Below are positions 18,914 to 28,522 of a DNA stretch of 64,000 bases, in pieces. The stretch lies in assembly GCA_035540375.1 (NCBI GenBank), contig DATLGO010000070.1, forward strand, positions 2,416 through 66,415, written 5' to 3'. Source of the DNA: Thermoplasmatota archaeon. GTDB taxonomy: Archaea > Thermoplasmatota > SW-10-69-26 > JACQPN01 > JAJPHT01. The notes beneath the pieces are model-generated. The model did no database searches, was not told the DNA's origin, and worked only from the letters and a program-made list of their open reading frames with translations. How positions within the stretch are numbered: position 1 is the first letter of the stretch; the number at the start of each line of letters is the position of its first letter. Made by a program: the position numbers and the translations under genes.

Positions 18914-19645
18914 CTACGCCTTGCCGGTCGCGCGCGCCTTCTCGACGGCGTCGGGCTCGTTGGGGTCGAAGTAGTACCCGTAGAGCACGCCCGCGAGGAG
19001 GCCGCCCACGAGCGGGCCGATCCAGTACACGAACCAGTTCGCGTAGTGCGAGGAGGCGACCGCGGTGCCGAACCAGCGCGCGGGGTTCATCGCGGCGCCC
19101 GTGAGCGGGCCGCCCATGAGGATGTCGAGCGTCACCGTGAGGCCGATCGCGAGACCGCCGATGCGGGCGCTGTTGCGCTTGTCGATCGTGCCGAAGACGA
19201 CGAAGACGAGGAAGAAGGTGAGGATCGCCTCGATGATGATGCCCGTCGTCGACGACACGGCCTGGAGCGTCTCCGACCCCGCGTTGAGGTCGGGCGTCGC
19301 CGAGGCGACCTGGGCCTTCGTGAAGATCGTCACGAGGATGATGCCGGCGAGCGCCGCGCCGATGAGCTGCGACAGGCCGTACACGAGGGCGGTCTTCGGG
19401 TCGATGCGCCGCCCGACGAGGAGGCCGAAGGTGACGGCCGGGTTGAACTGGCCGCCCGAGACGTGCCCGAGCGCGGTGACGAGCGCCGCGATCGTAAGAC
19501 CATGCGCGAGCGCGATCGCGACGATGTCCGTCGGACCTGGTCCGAAGTAGCCCGCCGTCCACGCGGCGATGGCGCCGCCGCCCACGAAGACCAGCGCGAA
19601 GGTTCCGATCGCCTCGGCGACCGCGCCTCGACCGATGTCTGCCAT
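18914..19645 (-). CDS. aqpM: Aquaporin / MIP-family channel
   Basis: Two NPA boxes (SGGQFNPAVT and GAAMNPAR). About 243 aa from the ATG at 19645. Confidence 0.85.
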   Translation of the reverse strand: MADIGRGAVAEAIGTFALVFVGGGAIAAWTAGYFGPGPTDIVAIALAHGLTIAALVTALGHVSGGQFNPAVTFGLLVGRRIDPKTALVYGLSQLIGAALAGIILVTIFTKAQVASATPDLNAGSETLQAVSSTTGIIIEAILTFFLVFVVFGTIDKRNSARIGGLAIGLTVTLDILMGGPLTGAAMNPARWFGTAVASSHYANWFVYWIGPLVGGLLAGVLYGYYFDPNEPDAVEKARATGKA

Positions 19646-19851
19646 GTCGGGTTCTCCCGGCGCGGCGAACGTCCGCGGTGGATAAGGGGATTCCGCTCCG
19701 CGTTCGCTCGCTTCCTCTGCTTCCGCTGGATCGTGTTCCAAAAATCTTTATGGGTTGTATCGCATTGATGGGTCGATGATTTCGCGCTCAATCATATTTT
19801 GGACATCACTACTTTGCTGTTAGCAATCCTCCCCCCCTTTCGGCCCCGAGG

Positions 19852-20496
19852 GTGGCGGCTCAAGACGTTGAATATTGGATATGCAGTCCTGAGGGTGATC
19901 CGCAGTCTTCCTTAAATTGCGGGGACTGCGTGGGATATGAACTCGACCCTTTCCAGGTCTGGGCGATGGGTCGGCACCAGGGGATTGATATGTGGGCCTG
20001 CGGCTACGCGTCGGTCGGGGGTTTTTCGCTTGGGGTGCCTGAGGAAACCAAAACAAAGTGCGTACCCTCTGACTTAACCCCCATCGTTTGCGCCACCGCT
20101 ACCGCGATCGCCAACACGACTTGCGCAGGGGGTGTCGTGCCGAGGTGCACAGGCGTCGGTTTCTCCATGTCTCGAGGGCAAACTGTTACCCGTGTGCCTG
20201 GGTGGGTCGAGATGAGATCAACCGGCTGCTCAGGCCCTGTGGCATGCTTGCCACAGGACAGTTGGCAAGAGTGGGGTAGCTGCACTTGGGACCCGGCAAC
20301 GTCCCTCTCGTGCGGTGTGCATTATACGTCGTCGGCCTACACGTACACCGCCTTCGGAGGAGCCAAGGCTAGCGTTTATCAAGAAGTGCAAACCGTGACC
20401 GTCGCCTGTGTCGATTTAGATACGGTCCCCGAGCTGCTGGTGATTGTCTGTGCCACGGAGACTGCGAGCGGTCACAAGAAAGAGGTGTCGGAATAG
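19852..20496 (+). CDS. Cys-rich hypothetical protein. Paralog of the next gene. The N-terminus may be disrupted by a frameshift.
   Basis: Shares EIWYCxPG...CGDCVGY(E/D)L with the downstream paralog. GTG start with no signal peptide. A possible TTG-initiated signal peptide upstream is out of frame at a C7 homopolymer. Low-GC island. Confidence 0.45.
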   Translation: MAAQDVEYWICSPEGDPQSSLNCGDCVGYELDPFQVWAMGRHQGIDMWACGYASVGGFSLGVPEETKTKCVPSDLTPIVCATATAIANTTCAGGVVPRCTGVGFSMSRGQTVTRVPGWVEMRSTGCSGPVACLPQDSWQEWGSCTWDPATSLSCGVHYTSSAYTYTAFGGAKASVYQEVQTVTVACVDLDTVPELLVIVCATETASGHKKEVSE

Positions 20497-20544
20497 GTCG
20501 CGCCTCTACGGCTCTTTGGTCTAAAATCATAAGGAGTAATAGAA

Positions 20545-21234
20545 ATGCTCAAATTCGCGTTCTACACGGCAGTCGTCCTCGTCGCTTTTGGCCTCACCCC
20601 CGCGCCATTCGCGGCTGCTGAGGATCCCGAAATCTGGTACTGCGCCCCTGGGGCTTCTTTCCCCAACAGCGCTGACTGCGGAGACTGCGTCGGCTACGAC
20701 TTGCAGGACGGAACTCGATTTTGGCTTTTGGGCAATCATGAGGGTGTCGACCCTCAAGCCTGTGCGTCCGCCTCCATCGGGGGAGTCGGGGCCTCCACAG
20801 GGGATGTTACCGTCTGCCTTCCATACAATCTTGGCCCTGTGCTATGCGCAACCGCGATTGCGGTTGCCATCGTGACCTGCGGCAAGGATGCTGGGACGTC
20901 GCACTGTTCGGCGACGGGGACTGCCATTGCTCGTGGATTTTCCGCGGTCATTCCCTCGGGCACGACTCGAGTTGTCGGGACCGGGTGTACTGGGATAGGC
21001 TCTTGCCAGGATGCATGGGCCGAGCAAGACCAGTGCGTTTGGGTGGAGGGTAGCTGCCAGGTTCAAGTCGGGGGGCCTCTCAAGACCTACTCATCAATAT
21101 TTTCAAGCGTAACCGGCTATTCAGAGGTTTCATCCATGGCGATTAGCTGTCCGCTCGGGACACCCGTTTCTGTGACTGATGCTTGCATTGTCGCGAAGGC
21201 TCGGGACACCAAGATTAGGGGATCCCCTCCGTGA
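20545..21234 (+). CDS. Cys-rich secreted protein (paralog)
   Basis: Signal peptide MLKFAFYTAVVLVAFGLTPAPFAAA. AAGGAG SD-like sequence 9 nt upstream. Many Cys. Confidence 0.55.
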   Translation: MLKFAFYTAVVLVAFGLTPAPFAAAEDPEIWYCAPGASFPNSADCGDCVGYDLQDGTRFWLLGNHEGVDPQACASASIGGVGASTGDVTVCLPYNLGPVLCATAIAVAIVTCGKDAGTSHCSATGTAIARGFSAVIPSGTTRVVGTGCTGIGSCQDAWAEQDQCVWVEGSCQVQVGGPLKTYSSIFSSVTGYSEVSSMAISCPLGTPVSVTDACIVAKARDTKIRGSPP

Positions 21235-22529
21235 TACGGCTCCTCACCGTTCTCCTCTTTTTCTCCCTTTTCGTCGGTTGCCTCTCAGGATCCTGCTTCG
21301 AGAGTGGCGATTCCACGTTGCTGTCCTATCAGATCTACAAGGACGGAGTTCATCTCGGCTCCATCGCCTGGACGTTCAATTCAACCGTGTTCCCCAGTTT
21401 GGATGGGTGGGGTGCCACGCGAAAGGCTCATCGCATTGAGATGCATGCGGTCGAGTCGGGAAACGTCACCCACTTTACCATCATTTCCTCGGTCGCCTCC
21501 GGTGAAGACCTATCTGCATTTACGCCTTGTGCTCCCGAGCAATGTACTCAAGAAACCTGGGCGGAGTTTTCAGAACCTGGTACGTTTGCGACCGCGTTCG
21601 GGCTGAAGTGGCCAGGTTTCAATCGTATCGAGCGCGGCGGGATACTCCCCGCGACTTTCGAACACGAGGGCCGCGAATATCGGGTCGAGCTCCTTGAGGG
21701 GGAAAAGGTCCGCCTCGCGCCTCTCCGCAAAGCCGATCGCCTCGTCTACATCTGCAACGCGGCGGATGACGAAGTCATTTACGACCTGCATCTACGAGTT
21801 ATTGCGGAATGCCGACATGAAAATGGCTACCGCTTCATTCTGGATACGAAGGCTCGGAGTTCTGTGGTCATGCCAAAGGCTGAACGTGATGAGGGGGTGC
21901 CTCGGCATAGCAGTGCCCTTCGTGCAGTTTCCTTCGCCCAACATCTACCCCCCGGCAGCGAGGACCTGAATGCCAGCGGCTTTTCGCTAAAGCAAGCCTA
22001 CCAATTTGCTATCGAAAACAGCGAGGTTCTCCGATCATTTTTGACGAAACACCCCGATTCCATCTTGTCGCATGCCCACGAGGCTGGGGGAGGCGAAGGG
22101 ACGGCTCCCGGCTACCGCGACGTCAGCCTTCGGTGGCGGCTCGAATTCAAGAGTCCCTCCGGGCAGAGGTTCGAGGTGGTGGTGGCTCAATCGAAGATGG
22201 CGCTCCTCGGGGTGAATGCTGTCGAACGTTATCACCTTGTGAAAGAAGCGGAAATGGAAGCAGGGCGCACGTTCCGTTCACCAGAGCGCATGGCGGCCGT
22301 TCGAGTTGGGGCTGCTTGGGATCACCTGCAGCGTGCCTTCTCCATGTCCCTTGAACACGAGTTCGCCATGTACGTGCATATCGCGCCCAGCGGATCGCTC
22401 AGCCCAATGTACGTGTTCTTTAAGGAAGGCTCTTGTGAAGGCACGTGCGCGCGGCAGGGAATCATCTACGATGCAGGCGCCGGGCGCCTCGTTGCAGGCC
22501 CGGTGCCAACGAGAATATTTGGGCATTGA
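21231..22529 (+). CDS. Hypothetical lipoprotein
   Basis: FVGCLSGSC lipobox-like start. ATGA-type overlap with the previous gene. Low-GC island. Confidence 0.55.
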   Translation: MIRLLTVLLFFSLFVGCLSGSCFESGDSTLLSYQIYKDGVHLGSIAWTFNSTVFPSLDGWGATRKAHRIEMHAVESGNVTHFTIISSVASGEDLSAFTPCAPEQCTQETWAEFSEPGTFATAFGLKWPGFNRIERGGILPATFEHEGREYRVELLEGEKVRLAPLRKADRLVYICNAADDEVIYDLHLRVIAECRHENGYRFILDTKARSSVVMPKAERDEGVPRHSSALRAVSFAQHLPPGSEDLNASGFSLKQAYQFAIENSEVLRSFLTKHPDSILSHAHEAGGGEGTAPGYRDVSLRWRLEFKSPSGQRFEVVVAQSKMALLGVNAVERYHLVKEAEMEAGRTFRSPERMAAVRVGAAWDHLQRAFSMSLEHEFAMYVHIAPSGSLSPMYVFFKEGSCEGTCARQGIIYDAGAGRLVAGPVPTRIFGH

Positions 22530-22531
22530 TT

Positions 22532-23305
22532 TCAACGCCCTTTCCACGCGGGCGTCCGCTTCGCGCGGAAGGCCTCGATCCCTTCGCGCGCGTCCTCGCT
22601 CGCGAAGGCGAGCGTGAACAGGTCGATCTCGCGCGCGAGGCCCGCCTCGAGGGGCAGCTCCTCCGCCGCGCGCACGGCCTCCTTCGCGAGGCGCAGCGCG
22701 ACGGGGCTCTTCGCGGCCATCCCGTTCGCGAGCTCCATCGCGCGCGCGAGGAGCGCCTCCGGCTCGACGACCTCGTCCGCGAGGCCCCACCGCTCGGCCG
22801 TCGCGGCATCGATCGCGTCGCCCGTGAGGACGAGGCGCGCCGCGCGGCCGCGGCCGACCAGGCGCGCGAGGCGCTGCGTGCCGCCCGCGCCCGGGATGAT
22901 GCCGAGGTTGATCTCCGGCTGCCCGAACTTCGCGGCCGATGAAGCGACGCGCACGTCGCATGCCATCGCGAGCTCGCACCCCGCGCCGAGCGCGAGGCCG
23001 TTCACGGCGGCGATCACGGGCTTCGGGTGGCGCGCGACGGCCTCGTACACGTGCGGCGGCGAGATGAAGGCGCGCTGCTCGGCGACGCTGCGCACGGCCA
23101 GCTCGTCGAGGTCCGCGCCCGCCGCGAACGCCTTGCCCGCGCCCGTCACGACGACGACCCGCGTCTCGGCGTCGAGGCGGTCCTTCGCGAGCGCGTCGAT
23201 GATCGCCTGCCGGAGCGCGGCGCTGAGCGCGTTACGCTTGTCCGGGCGGTTCAGGGTGAGGAGGAGGACGGGCCCCTGGCGCTCGGCGAGGACAAGGTAT
23301 TCCAT
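22532..23305 (-). CDS. Enoyl-CoA hydratase (crotonase)
   Basis: LNRPDKRNAL, VTGAGKAFAAGADL and GGTQRL motifs. 257 aa. Confidence 0.85.
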   Translation of the reverse strand: MEYLVLAERQGPVLLLTLNRPDKRNALSAALRQAIIDALAKDRLDAETRVVVVTGAGKAFAAGADLDELAVRSVAEQRAFISPPHVYEAVARHPKPVIAAVNGLALGAGCELAMACDVRVASSAAKFGQPEINLGIIPGAGGTQRLARLVGRGRAARLVLTGDAIDAATAERWGLADEVVEPEALLARAMELANGMAAKSPVALRLAKEAVRAAEELPLEAGLAREIDLFTLAFASEDAREGIEAFRAKRTPAWKGR

Positions 23306-23309
23306 GGCG

Positions 23310-24167
23310 TCACTTCCACGCGTAGAACCCGCGGCCCGATTTCTGGCCCAGATGGCCGTCCTCGACCATGCGGCGCAGGAGCGCGGGCGGCTCGAAACGC
23401 GGGCCCAGCTCCTTCGCGAGGTACTCCGCGATCCCGAGGCGCACGTCGAGGCCCACGAGGTCCGTGAGGCGGAGCGGCCCCATCGGGTGGTTGTAGCCGA
23501 GCACCATCGCGCGGTCGATGTCCTCCGCGCTTGCGACGTCCTCCTCGAGCATGCGGATCGCCTCGAGGCCGATCGCGACGCCGAGGCGCGACGTCGCGAA
23601 GCCCGGCGCGTCGCGCACGACGATCGGCTCCTTTCCCATCGAGCGCGCGAGGTCGAGGGCCGTCTCGACCGAGTCGTCGGACGACTCGGGACCCCGCACG
23701 ACCTCAACGAGCTTCATGATCGGGACCGGGTTGAAGAAGTGCATCCCCACGACGCGGCCGCGGTCCTTTTCCGGAAGAGCCTCCGCGATCGCGGCGATCG
23801 AGAGCGACGATGTGTTCGTCGCGAGGGTCGATCCCTCGGGCGCGAGGTCCACCACCTCCGCGAAGACGCGCCGCTTGAGGTCGAGCTTCTCCGGCACCGC
23901 CTCGATCACGAGGTCCGCTTCCCGCAGGGCCGAGGCGAGGTCCGTCGTCCCGCGGATGCGCGCGAGCGCCGCGTCGCGGTCGGTCGCCATGATCTTCCCC
24001 TTCTCGACGCCCTTCTCGAGGAAGCGCCGGATGCCGGAGAGACCGCGCTCCACCGCCGCGGGCTCCACGTCCCGCAGCGCCACCTCGGCCCCCGCCTGCG
24101 CCGCCGCCTGCGCGATCCCGTGACCCATCGTTCCCGCGCCCAGGACCGCGACCCGCAGCCGTTCCAT
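23310..24167 (-). CDS. 3-hydroxyacyl-CoA / 3-hydroxybutyryl-CoA dehydrogenase
   Basis: Rossmann motif VLGAGTMGHGIA, HFFNPVP and a C-terminal dimerisation domain. 4 nt upstream of the crotonase. Confidence 0.85.
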   Translation of the reverse strand: MERLRVAVLGAGTMGHGIAQAAAQAGAEVALRDVEPAAVERGLSGIRRFLEKGVEKGKIMATDRDAALARIRGTTDLASALREADLVIEAVPEKLDLKRRVFAEVVDLAPEGSTLATNTSSLSIAAIAEALPEKDRGRVVGMHFFNPVPIMKLVEVVRGPESSDDSVETALDLARSMGKEPIVVRDAPGFATSRLGVAIGLEAIRMLEEDVASAEDIDRAMVLGYNHPMGPLRLTDLVGLDVRLGIAEYLAKELGPRFEPPALLRRMVEDGHLGQKSGRGFYAWK

Positions 24168-24214
24168 GCAACGCGGCGAACGGCGGAAGCCGAGACAAAG
24201 CTTCCGGGGGGTTG

Positions 24215-24455
24215 GCGCAGGTGTCGGGCTTCGGGGCCGGGACCCGGCGTCGGGTTTCGGGACCGGGACCGGGTGTCGGGTGCCGGGATTCGGGACCGGG
24301 TGTCGGGTTTCGGGACCGGACCGGGTGTCGGGTGCCGGGATTCGGGACCGGGTGTCGGGTGTCGGGACCGGGCCCGGGCGTCGGGTCCGGGACCGGGACC
24401 GGGCATCGGGTCCGGGTCCGGGTCCGGGTCCGGGTCCGGGACCGAGCGGAACCCG
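24215..24455. repeat. Imperfect GGGNCC-type microsatellite / G-tract array (G-quadruplex-capable)
   Basis: Dozens of GGG tracts at 3-6 nt spacing, ending in a perfect (gggtcc)x5 run. Lies between divergent hbd-like and AI-2E transporter genes. Confidence 0.8.
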
Positions 24456-24495
24456 GCCAGAAACCTCTTGCCCCGCGCGCGCCCGGAAAACGTCA

Positions 24496-25524
24496 ATGGA
24501 TCGGCGAGCTTGGGCCTTCCTCGCCGCGACCGCGGCCGCCTTCGCGTTCCTCGGCCTCGTCGTCGTGGAGCCGTACGCCGTGTACGTGCTCCTCGGCCTC
24601 ATCGTCGGCTATTTCGCGCGCGGCCCCGCTCGCGCGCTCGGCGCGCGCACGGGGTGGCCGCGCCTCTCGGCGGGCGCCGTGGCGGTGCTCATCGTCACGC
24701 TCGTCGTCCTTCCCCTCGCGGTCGTCGTCGCCGTGCTCGCGGACGACGCCGTCGCGATCGCCCGCGCCGTGCAGGACCTGGGGCTCGACGCCTACGTCGC
24801 GGGGGAGCTCGCGCGCTTCGGCCTCGACGAGGCCCGCTCGCGCGAGGCCGCGCTCGCCTTGACCTCGCGCCTCGAGGGGGCGCTCGCGGACCTCGCGCCC
24901 TCGCTGCTTTCGGTCCTCGCCTCCATCGGCATCGGGGCGTTCATCTTCGGCCTCGTGACCTATTACACGAGCCTCCAGTGGGAATCGCTGCGGGATCTCG
25001 TCTTGCGCGTCATGCCCCTCCCCGACGGCACGAAGGCCGACCTCCGCCGCGAGGTCCGCGACGTGGTCCGGGCGGTCGTGCTCGGGAACTTCGCCGTCGG
25101 GCTCACGCAGGGCGGCGCCGCGGGGCTCGCCTGGTGGCTTGCGGGGTACCCGCAGCCGCTCCTCGCGACGTTCTTCATGGTCATCGTGGGGATGATCCCC
25201 TACGTCGGACCCGTCATCTTCCTCGGGCCCGCCGCCGTGTGGTCCATCTTCACGGGCGACGTCCTGACGGGCGTCGTCGTCCTCGCCTACACGCTCTTCA
25301 TCGTGGGGTTCGTGGACAACGTGACGCTGCTCTACGTCGTCGGCAAGGCCGGCAAGCGACTCCATCCGGGCCTCGTCTTCGTCGGCATCCTCGGCGGGCT
25401 CGAAGCCTTCGGGCTCGCGGGATTCATCGTGGGGCCGCTCATCCTGGGCCTCGCGGCCGTTCTCCTCGAAGCCGTCGCGCGCGAGCGCGAACGGCGTCAG
25501 AACGCGACGCCGCCCACGACGTAG
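24496..25524 (+). CDS. AI-2E family transporter (PerM/YhhT-like permease)
   Basis: 8-TM protein with the UPF0118 pattern. 342 aa from the ATG at 24496. Confidence 0.75.
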   Translation: MDRRAWAFLAATAAAFAFLGLVVVEPYAVYVLLGLIVGYFARGPARALGARTGWPRLSAGAVAVLIVTLVVLPLAVVVAVLADDAVAIARAVQDLGLDAYVAGELARFGLDEARSREAALALTSRLEGALADLAPSLLSVLASIGIGAFIFGLVTYYTSLQWESLRDLVLRVMPLPDGTKADLRREVRDVVRAVVLGNFAVGLTQGGAAGLAWWLAGYPQPLLATFFMVIVGMIPYVGPVIFLGPAAVWSIFTGDVLTGVVVLAYTLFIVGFVDNVTLLYVVGKAGKRLHPGLVFVGILGGLEAFGLAGFIVGPLILGLAAVLLEAVARERERRQNATPPTT

Positions 25525-26309
25525 CCGACCGCGAACGTGACCGCGGCGGCCGCGACGCCGATGAGCGTCATCTCGGCGCCCTGCTTCCACCACTTGAGCC
25601 CCGATACGCCGCCCTTCACGGCGCCCGCGGCGAAGAGCGCGGCGACGCTCAGGACGGACGCGAGCCCGAGCGCGTTCGCGACGCCGATCGGGAAGGCGAA
25701 CGGAGCCACGGGGAAGACGGCGCCCACGACGAACGCGACCATCACGAGCCCCATCGCGATCCATGGGCTTCGGCCGGACTCCTCGCCGACGCCGAACTCC
25801 TCGCGCATCATGAAGTCCACGAACCGGTCCTCGTCCTCGACGATCGCGCGCGTGAGCGTCTCGACGACGTCCGCGGGATAGCCTTTCTTCGACAGCATCT
25901 CGCGGACCTCCTGCTCCTCGAGGTCGCGGTACTTGCGGATGTGCTCGCGTTCGCGCGCGGCCTCCGCCGCGTAGTATTCGGCCTGCGATTTCGTGGAGAG
26001 ATACTCGCCGAGGCCCATCGAGAGCGCGCCCGCGACGCCGAAGGCGAGACCCGCGACGAGGACGCTTGCGGTGTCGTCGCGCGCGAGCACGGCGGCCGCG
26101 ACGCCCGCGACGGCGGCATAGACGGAGACGAGGCCGTCCGAGAAGCCGAGGATGAGGTCGCGGACGTAGTTGCGGACGGCCGACTGCTCGTCGGCCTCCG
26201 CGCGGGGGATCCGCAGGCGCGAGACGGGCGGCGGCCGGTGGGTGCGCTGCAGCTCCTCGAGCGTGCGGGGCTCGCGGGTCACGTCGGGGCCGAGGGCGCC
26301 TTCGGACAA
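25497..26309 (-). CDS. VIT1/CCC1-family iron/manganese transporter
   Basis: Cytoplasmic metal-binding helical region followed by a 5-TM C-terminus. Confidence 0.75.
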   Translation of the reverse strand: MSEGALGPDVTREPRTLEELQRTHRPPPVSRLRIPRAEADEQSAVRNYVRDLILGFSDGLVSVYAAVAGVAAAVLARDDTASVLVAGLAFGVAGALSMGLGEYLSTKSQAEYYAAEAAREREHIRKYRDLEEQEVREMLSKKGYPADVVETLTRAIVEDEDRFVDFMMREEFGVGEESGRSPWIAMGLVMVAFVVGAVFPVAPFAFPIGVANALGLASVLSVAALFAAGAVKGGVSGLKWWKQGAEMTLIGVAAAAVTFAVGYVVGGVAF

Positions 26310-26319
26310 GAAACTTGCC

Positions 26320-26700
26320 TCACGCGGTGCCGCGGGCGGCGCGTTCCTGGGCCGCCGCGCGTTCGAGGAGCCGGACGCCCGTCACGAGGCCCCAGATCCA
26401 GGCGCCGATCGCGAATGGGATGCCGATGAGGACGAGGGAACCGATGAGGCCGATGAGGAAGAGGAAGCCCTGCGACCAACCGACCTTCTCGCCGACGACG
26501 AGCGAGCCGAGGCCAGGCCACACGAGGATGTTGAGGAGGAGCGCGACGATCGCGATCGCCTGCGAGATCGGACGCTCGCCGGTGAGCGCCGGCTTTGCGA
26601 CGCCCGCGACGGGCGCGCCGCAGCGTTGGCAATGGAGGGCGTCCTGGGCGAGGAGCTGTCCGCATGCGCTGCAGTACGTCATGGGGCTCTCGTCCGCCAC
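26320..26700 (-). CDS. Zinc-ribbon membrane protein
   Basis: CSACG...CQRCG ribbon followed by two TM helices. Confidence 0.5.
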   Translation of the reverse strand: MADESPMTYCSACGQLLAQDALHCQRCGAPVAGVAKPALTGERPISQAIAIVALLLNILVWPGLGSLVVGEKVGWSQGFLFLIGLIGSLVLIGIPFAIGAWIWGLVTGVRLLERAAAQERAARGTA

Positions 26701-26726
26701 GGCCGCCCGGCTTCACAAACCTTGCG

Positions 26727-27506
26727 TCAGCGCCCTTCGAAGCGGGGCGTCCGCTTCGCGAGGAAGGCGTCCACCGCTTCCGCCTGGTCGCGTGTCGTGA
26801 ACGCGAGCGCCTGGAGCGTCGCCTCGAGCGCGAGCGCCTCGTCGAGGCCGGAGCCGGCGCCCGAGAGGAGCGCGCGCTTCGCGAGGCCGTACGCGCGCGT
26901 GGGACCCTCCGCGAGTCGTCCGGCGAGCGCGGCGACGCGAGCGTCGAGGTCGGCCGCGGGAACGACGTCGCTCGCGAGGCCGAGGGCGAAGGCGCGGCGC
27001 GCGTCGATGGGTTCCGCGGAGAGGACGAGCTCGCGCGCGGCGCGCAGGCCCACGATGCGGGGGAGGGTCCACGACGCGCCCGTGTCCGGAGCGAGCGCCA
27101 TCTTCGCGAACGTGGCCCCCAGGCGCGCATGATCGGCGACGACCGCGAAGTCGCACGCGAGGACGAGCCCGAGACCCGCGCCGAGGGCGTCGCCCTGGAC
27201 GCGCGCGACGGTCGGCTTGGGGAAGGTCAGAAGGGCGCGGGCAAGGGCTCCGAAGCCGCGTTCCTGCCGCGTCTTCGTCGCGAGAGGGTCGCCCTTGCGC
27301 GCGGCCATGTCCTTTGCGTCGCCGCCCGCGCAGAAGACGCTGCCTTCGGCGGCGAGGACCACGACGCGAGCGGCGTCGTCGGCGGCCGCGCGCGAGAGCG
27401 CGTCGAGGAGCGCCGCGACGAGGTCGGGCGAAAGCGCGTTGCGCGCTTCGGGACGCGCAAGCGCGAGCGTGAGGACGCCGCTCGCGGCCGTCGCCTTGAG
27501 CGTCAC
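26727..27506 (-). CDS. Enoyl-CoA hydratase/isomerase family protein
   Basis: Crotonase motifs. The start overlaps the phzF-like stop (ATGA). Confidence 0.8.
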   Translation of the reverse strand: MTLKATAASGVLTLALARPEARNALSPDLVAALLDALSRAAADDAARVVVLAAEGSVFCAGGDAKDMAARKGDPLATKTRQERGFGALARALLTFPKPTVARVQGDALGAGLGLVLACDFAVVADHARLGATFAKMALAPDTGASWTLPRIVGLRAARELVLSAEPIDARRAFALGLASDVVPAADLDARVAALAGRLAEGPTRAYGLAKRALLSGAGSGLDEALALEATLQALAFTTRDQAEAVDAFLAKRTPRFEGR

Positions 27507-28411
27507 GGGAGCACCATCCTCCCTTCGAAGCTCACGACGGCGCGACCGCCGACGCGCACCGCGCGCGGGTCGCCCGGCGCCCCGTCGACCTCGACCTCGA
27601 CGCGGCCCGGGCGGCCGATCGCGTCGCCCTGCTCTCCAACGATTCGCTCGCCGGGACGCTGCACCCGGTGCTTCACGAGGTAGGCCCCGAGCGCGCCGGA
27701 CGCGGTGCCCGTCACGGGGTCCTCGAGGATGCCGAGCGCGGGCGCGAAATGGCGCGCGGAGAAGGCGTTCCCGCGCTCGCGCGTCTCGCGCGTGAAGGCG
27801 TGCACGCTCGCGATGCCCTGTTCTTTCGAAAGCGCAAGAACGCTGTCGGAGACGGCGGCGGCATCGATCGCGTCAAGGTCCGCGCGCTTGCGCAGCGGGA
27901 CGAGCAGCGTCCAGATTCCCGTGTACGCCCGCTCGACGGGGAGCGCCGCGTCGAGCGCGTTCGCGGGCAGGCCGAGCGCGTCGGCCGCGCGCCGAGCGGG
28001 CGGGCCCGGCTTGAACTTCGGGGGCGCCTGGCCCATCGTGACGCGCTCGGGGACGCCGCCTGAGAGGTGGATATGGACGGGGAGGACGCCGGCCTTCGTC
28101 TCCTGGTGGAGCGTGACCACGCCGCCCGACGAGCCGGCCCGGCCTTCGCGCGCGTAGAGGTGGAATCCGCCGATCGTCGCATCGCCGCAGAGGTCCACCT
28201 CGGCGCCCGTCGGCGTGAAGAAGCGCACGCGGACGTCGCCCTTGCCTTCGGGCGGGAGGAAGAACGCGGTCTCGCTGAGGTTCATCTCGCGGGCGACAGC
28301 CTTCATCTCGGCCTCGGTGAGGCCCGCGGCGTCGAGGACGACGCCGGCCGCGTTGCCCGCGAGCGCGCGGTCCGTGAAGGCGTCCACCTTGTACGCGGCG
28401 ACCGTCCTCAT
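27503..28411 (-). CDS. PhzF-family isomerase
   Basis: Pattern typical of PhzF/DAP-epimerase-like proteins (AFTDRALAGNAAGVV...SETAF...DPVTGTASGALGAYL). Confidence 0.8.
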   Translation of the reverse strand: MRTVAAYKVDAFTDRALAGNAAGVVLDAAGLTEAEMKAVAREMNLSETAFFLPPEGKGDVRVRFFTPTGAEVDLCGDATIGGFHLYAREGRAGSSGGVVTLHQETKAGVLPVHIHLSGGVPERVTMGQAPPKFKPGPPARRAADALGLPANALDAALPVERAYTGIWTLLVPLRKRADLDAIDAAAVSDSVLALSKEQGIASVHAFTRETRERGNAFSARHFAPALGILEDPVTGTASGALGAYLVKHRVQRPGERIVGEQGDAIGRPGRVEVEVDGAPGDPRAVRVGGRAVVSFEGRMVLP

Positions 28412-28522
28412 CCTTCGGCCGAAGCCCCGGAGGTGGCTTGAAGGCGAGCCCGGCGGGGGCCGGGCCCCGCACCCGAAGCCCTTGCCGCGCCGCGCGCGGA
28501 TCGGATCCCTCGTCCGGTCGCG

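Noticed and set aside
24215-24455. Possible CRISPR array
   Set aside because: The repeats are contiguous short G-tract units without unique spacers, and there are no cas genes. The same applies to the 57200-57470 repeats.
22614-26429. 1271-aa plus-strand ORF
   Set aside because: Spans antisense to the crotonase and hbd genes and the G-tract repeat. The Gly/Arg/Pro-rich translation is artefactual.
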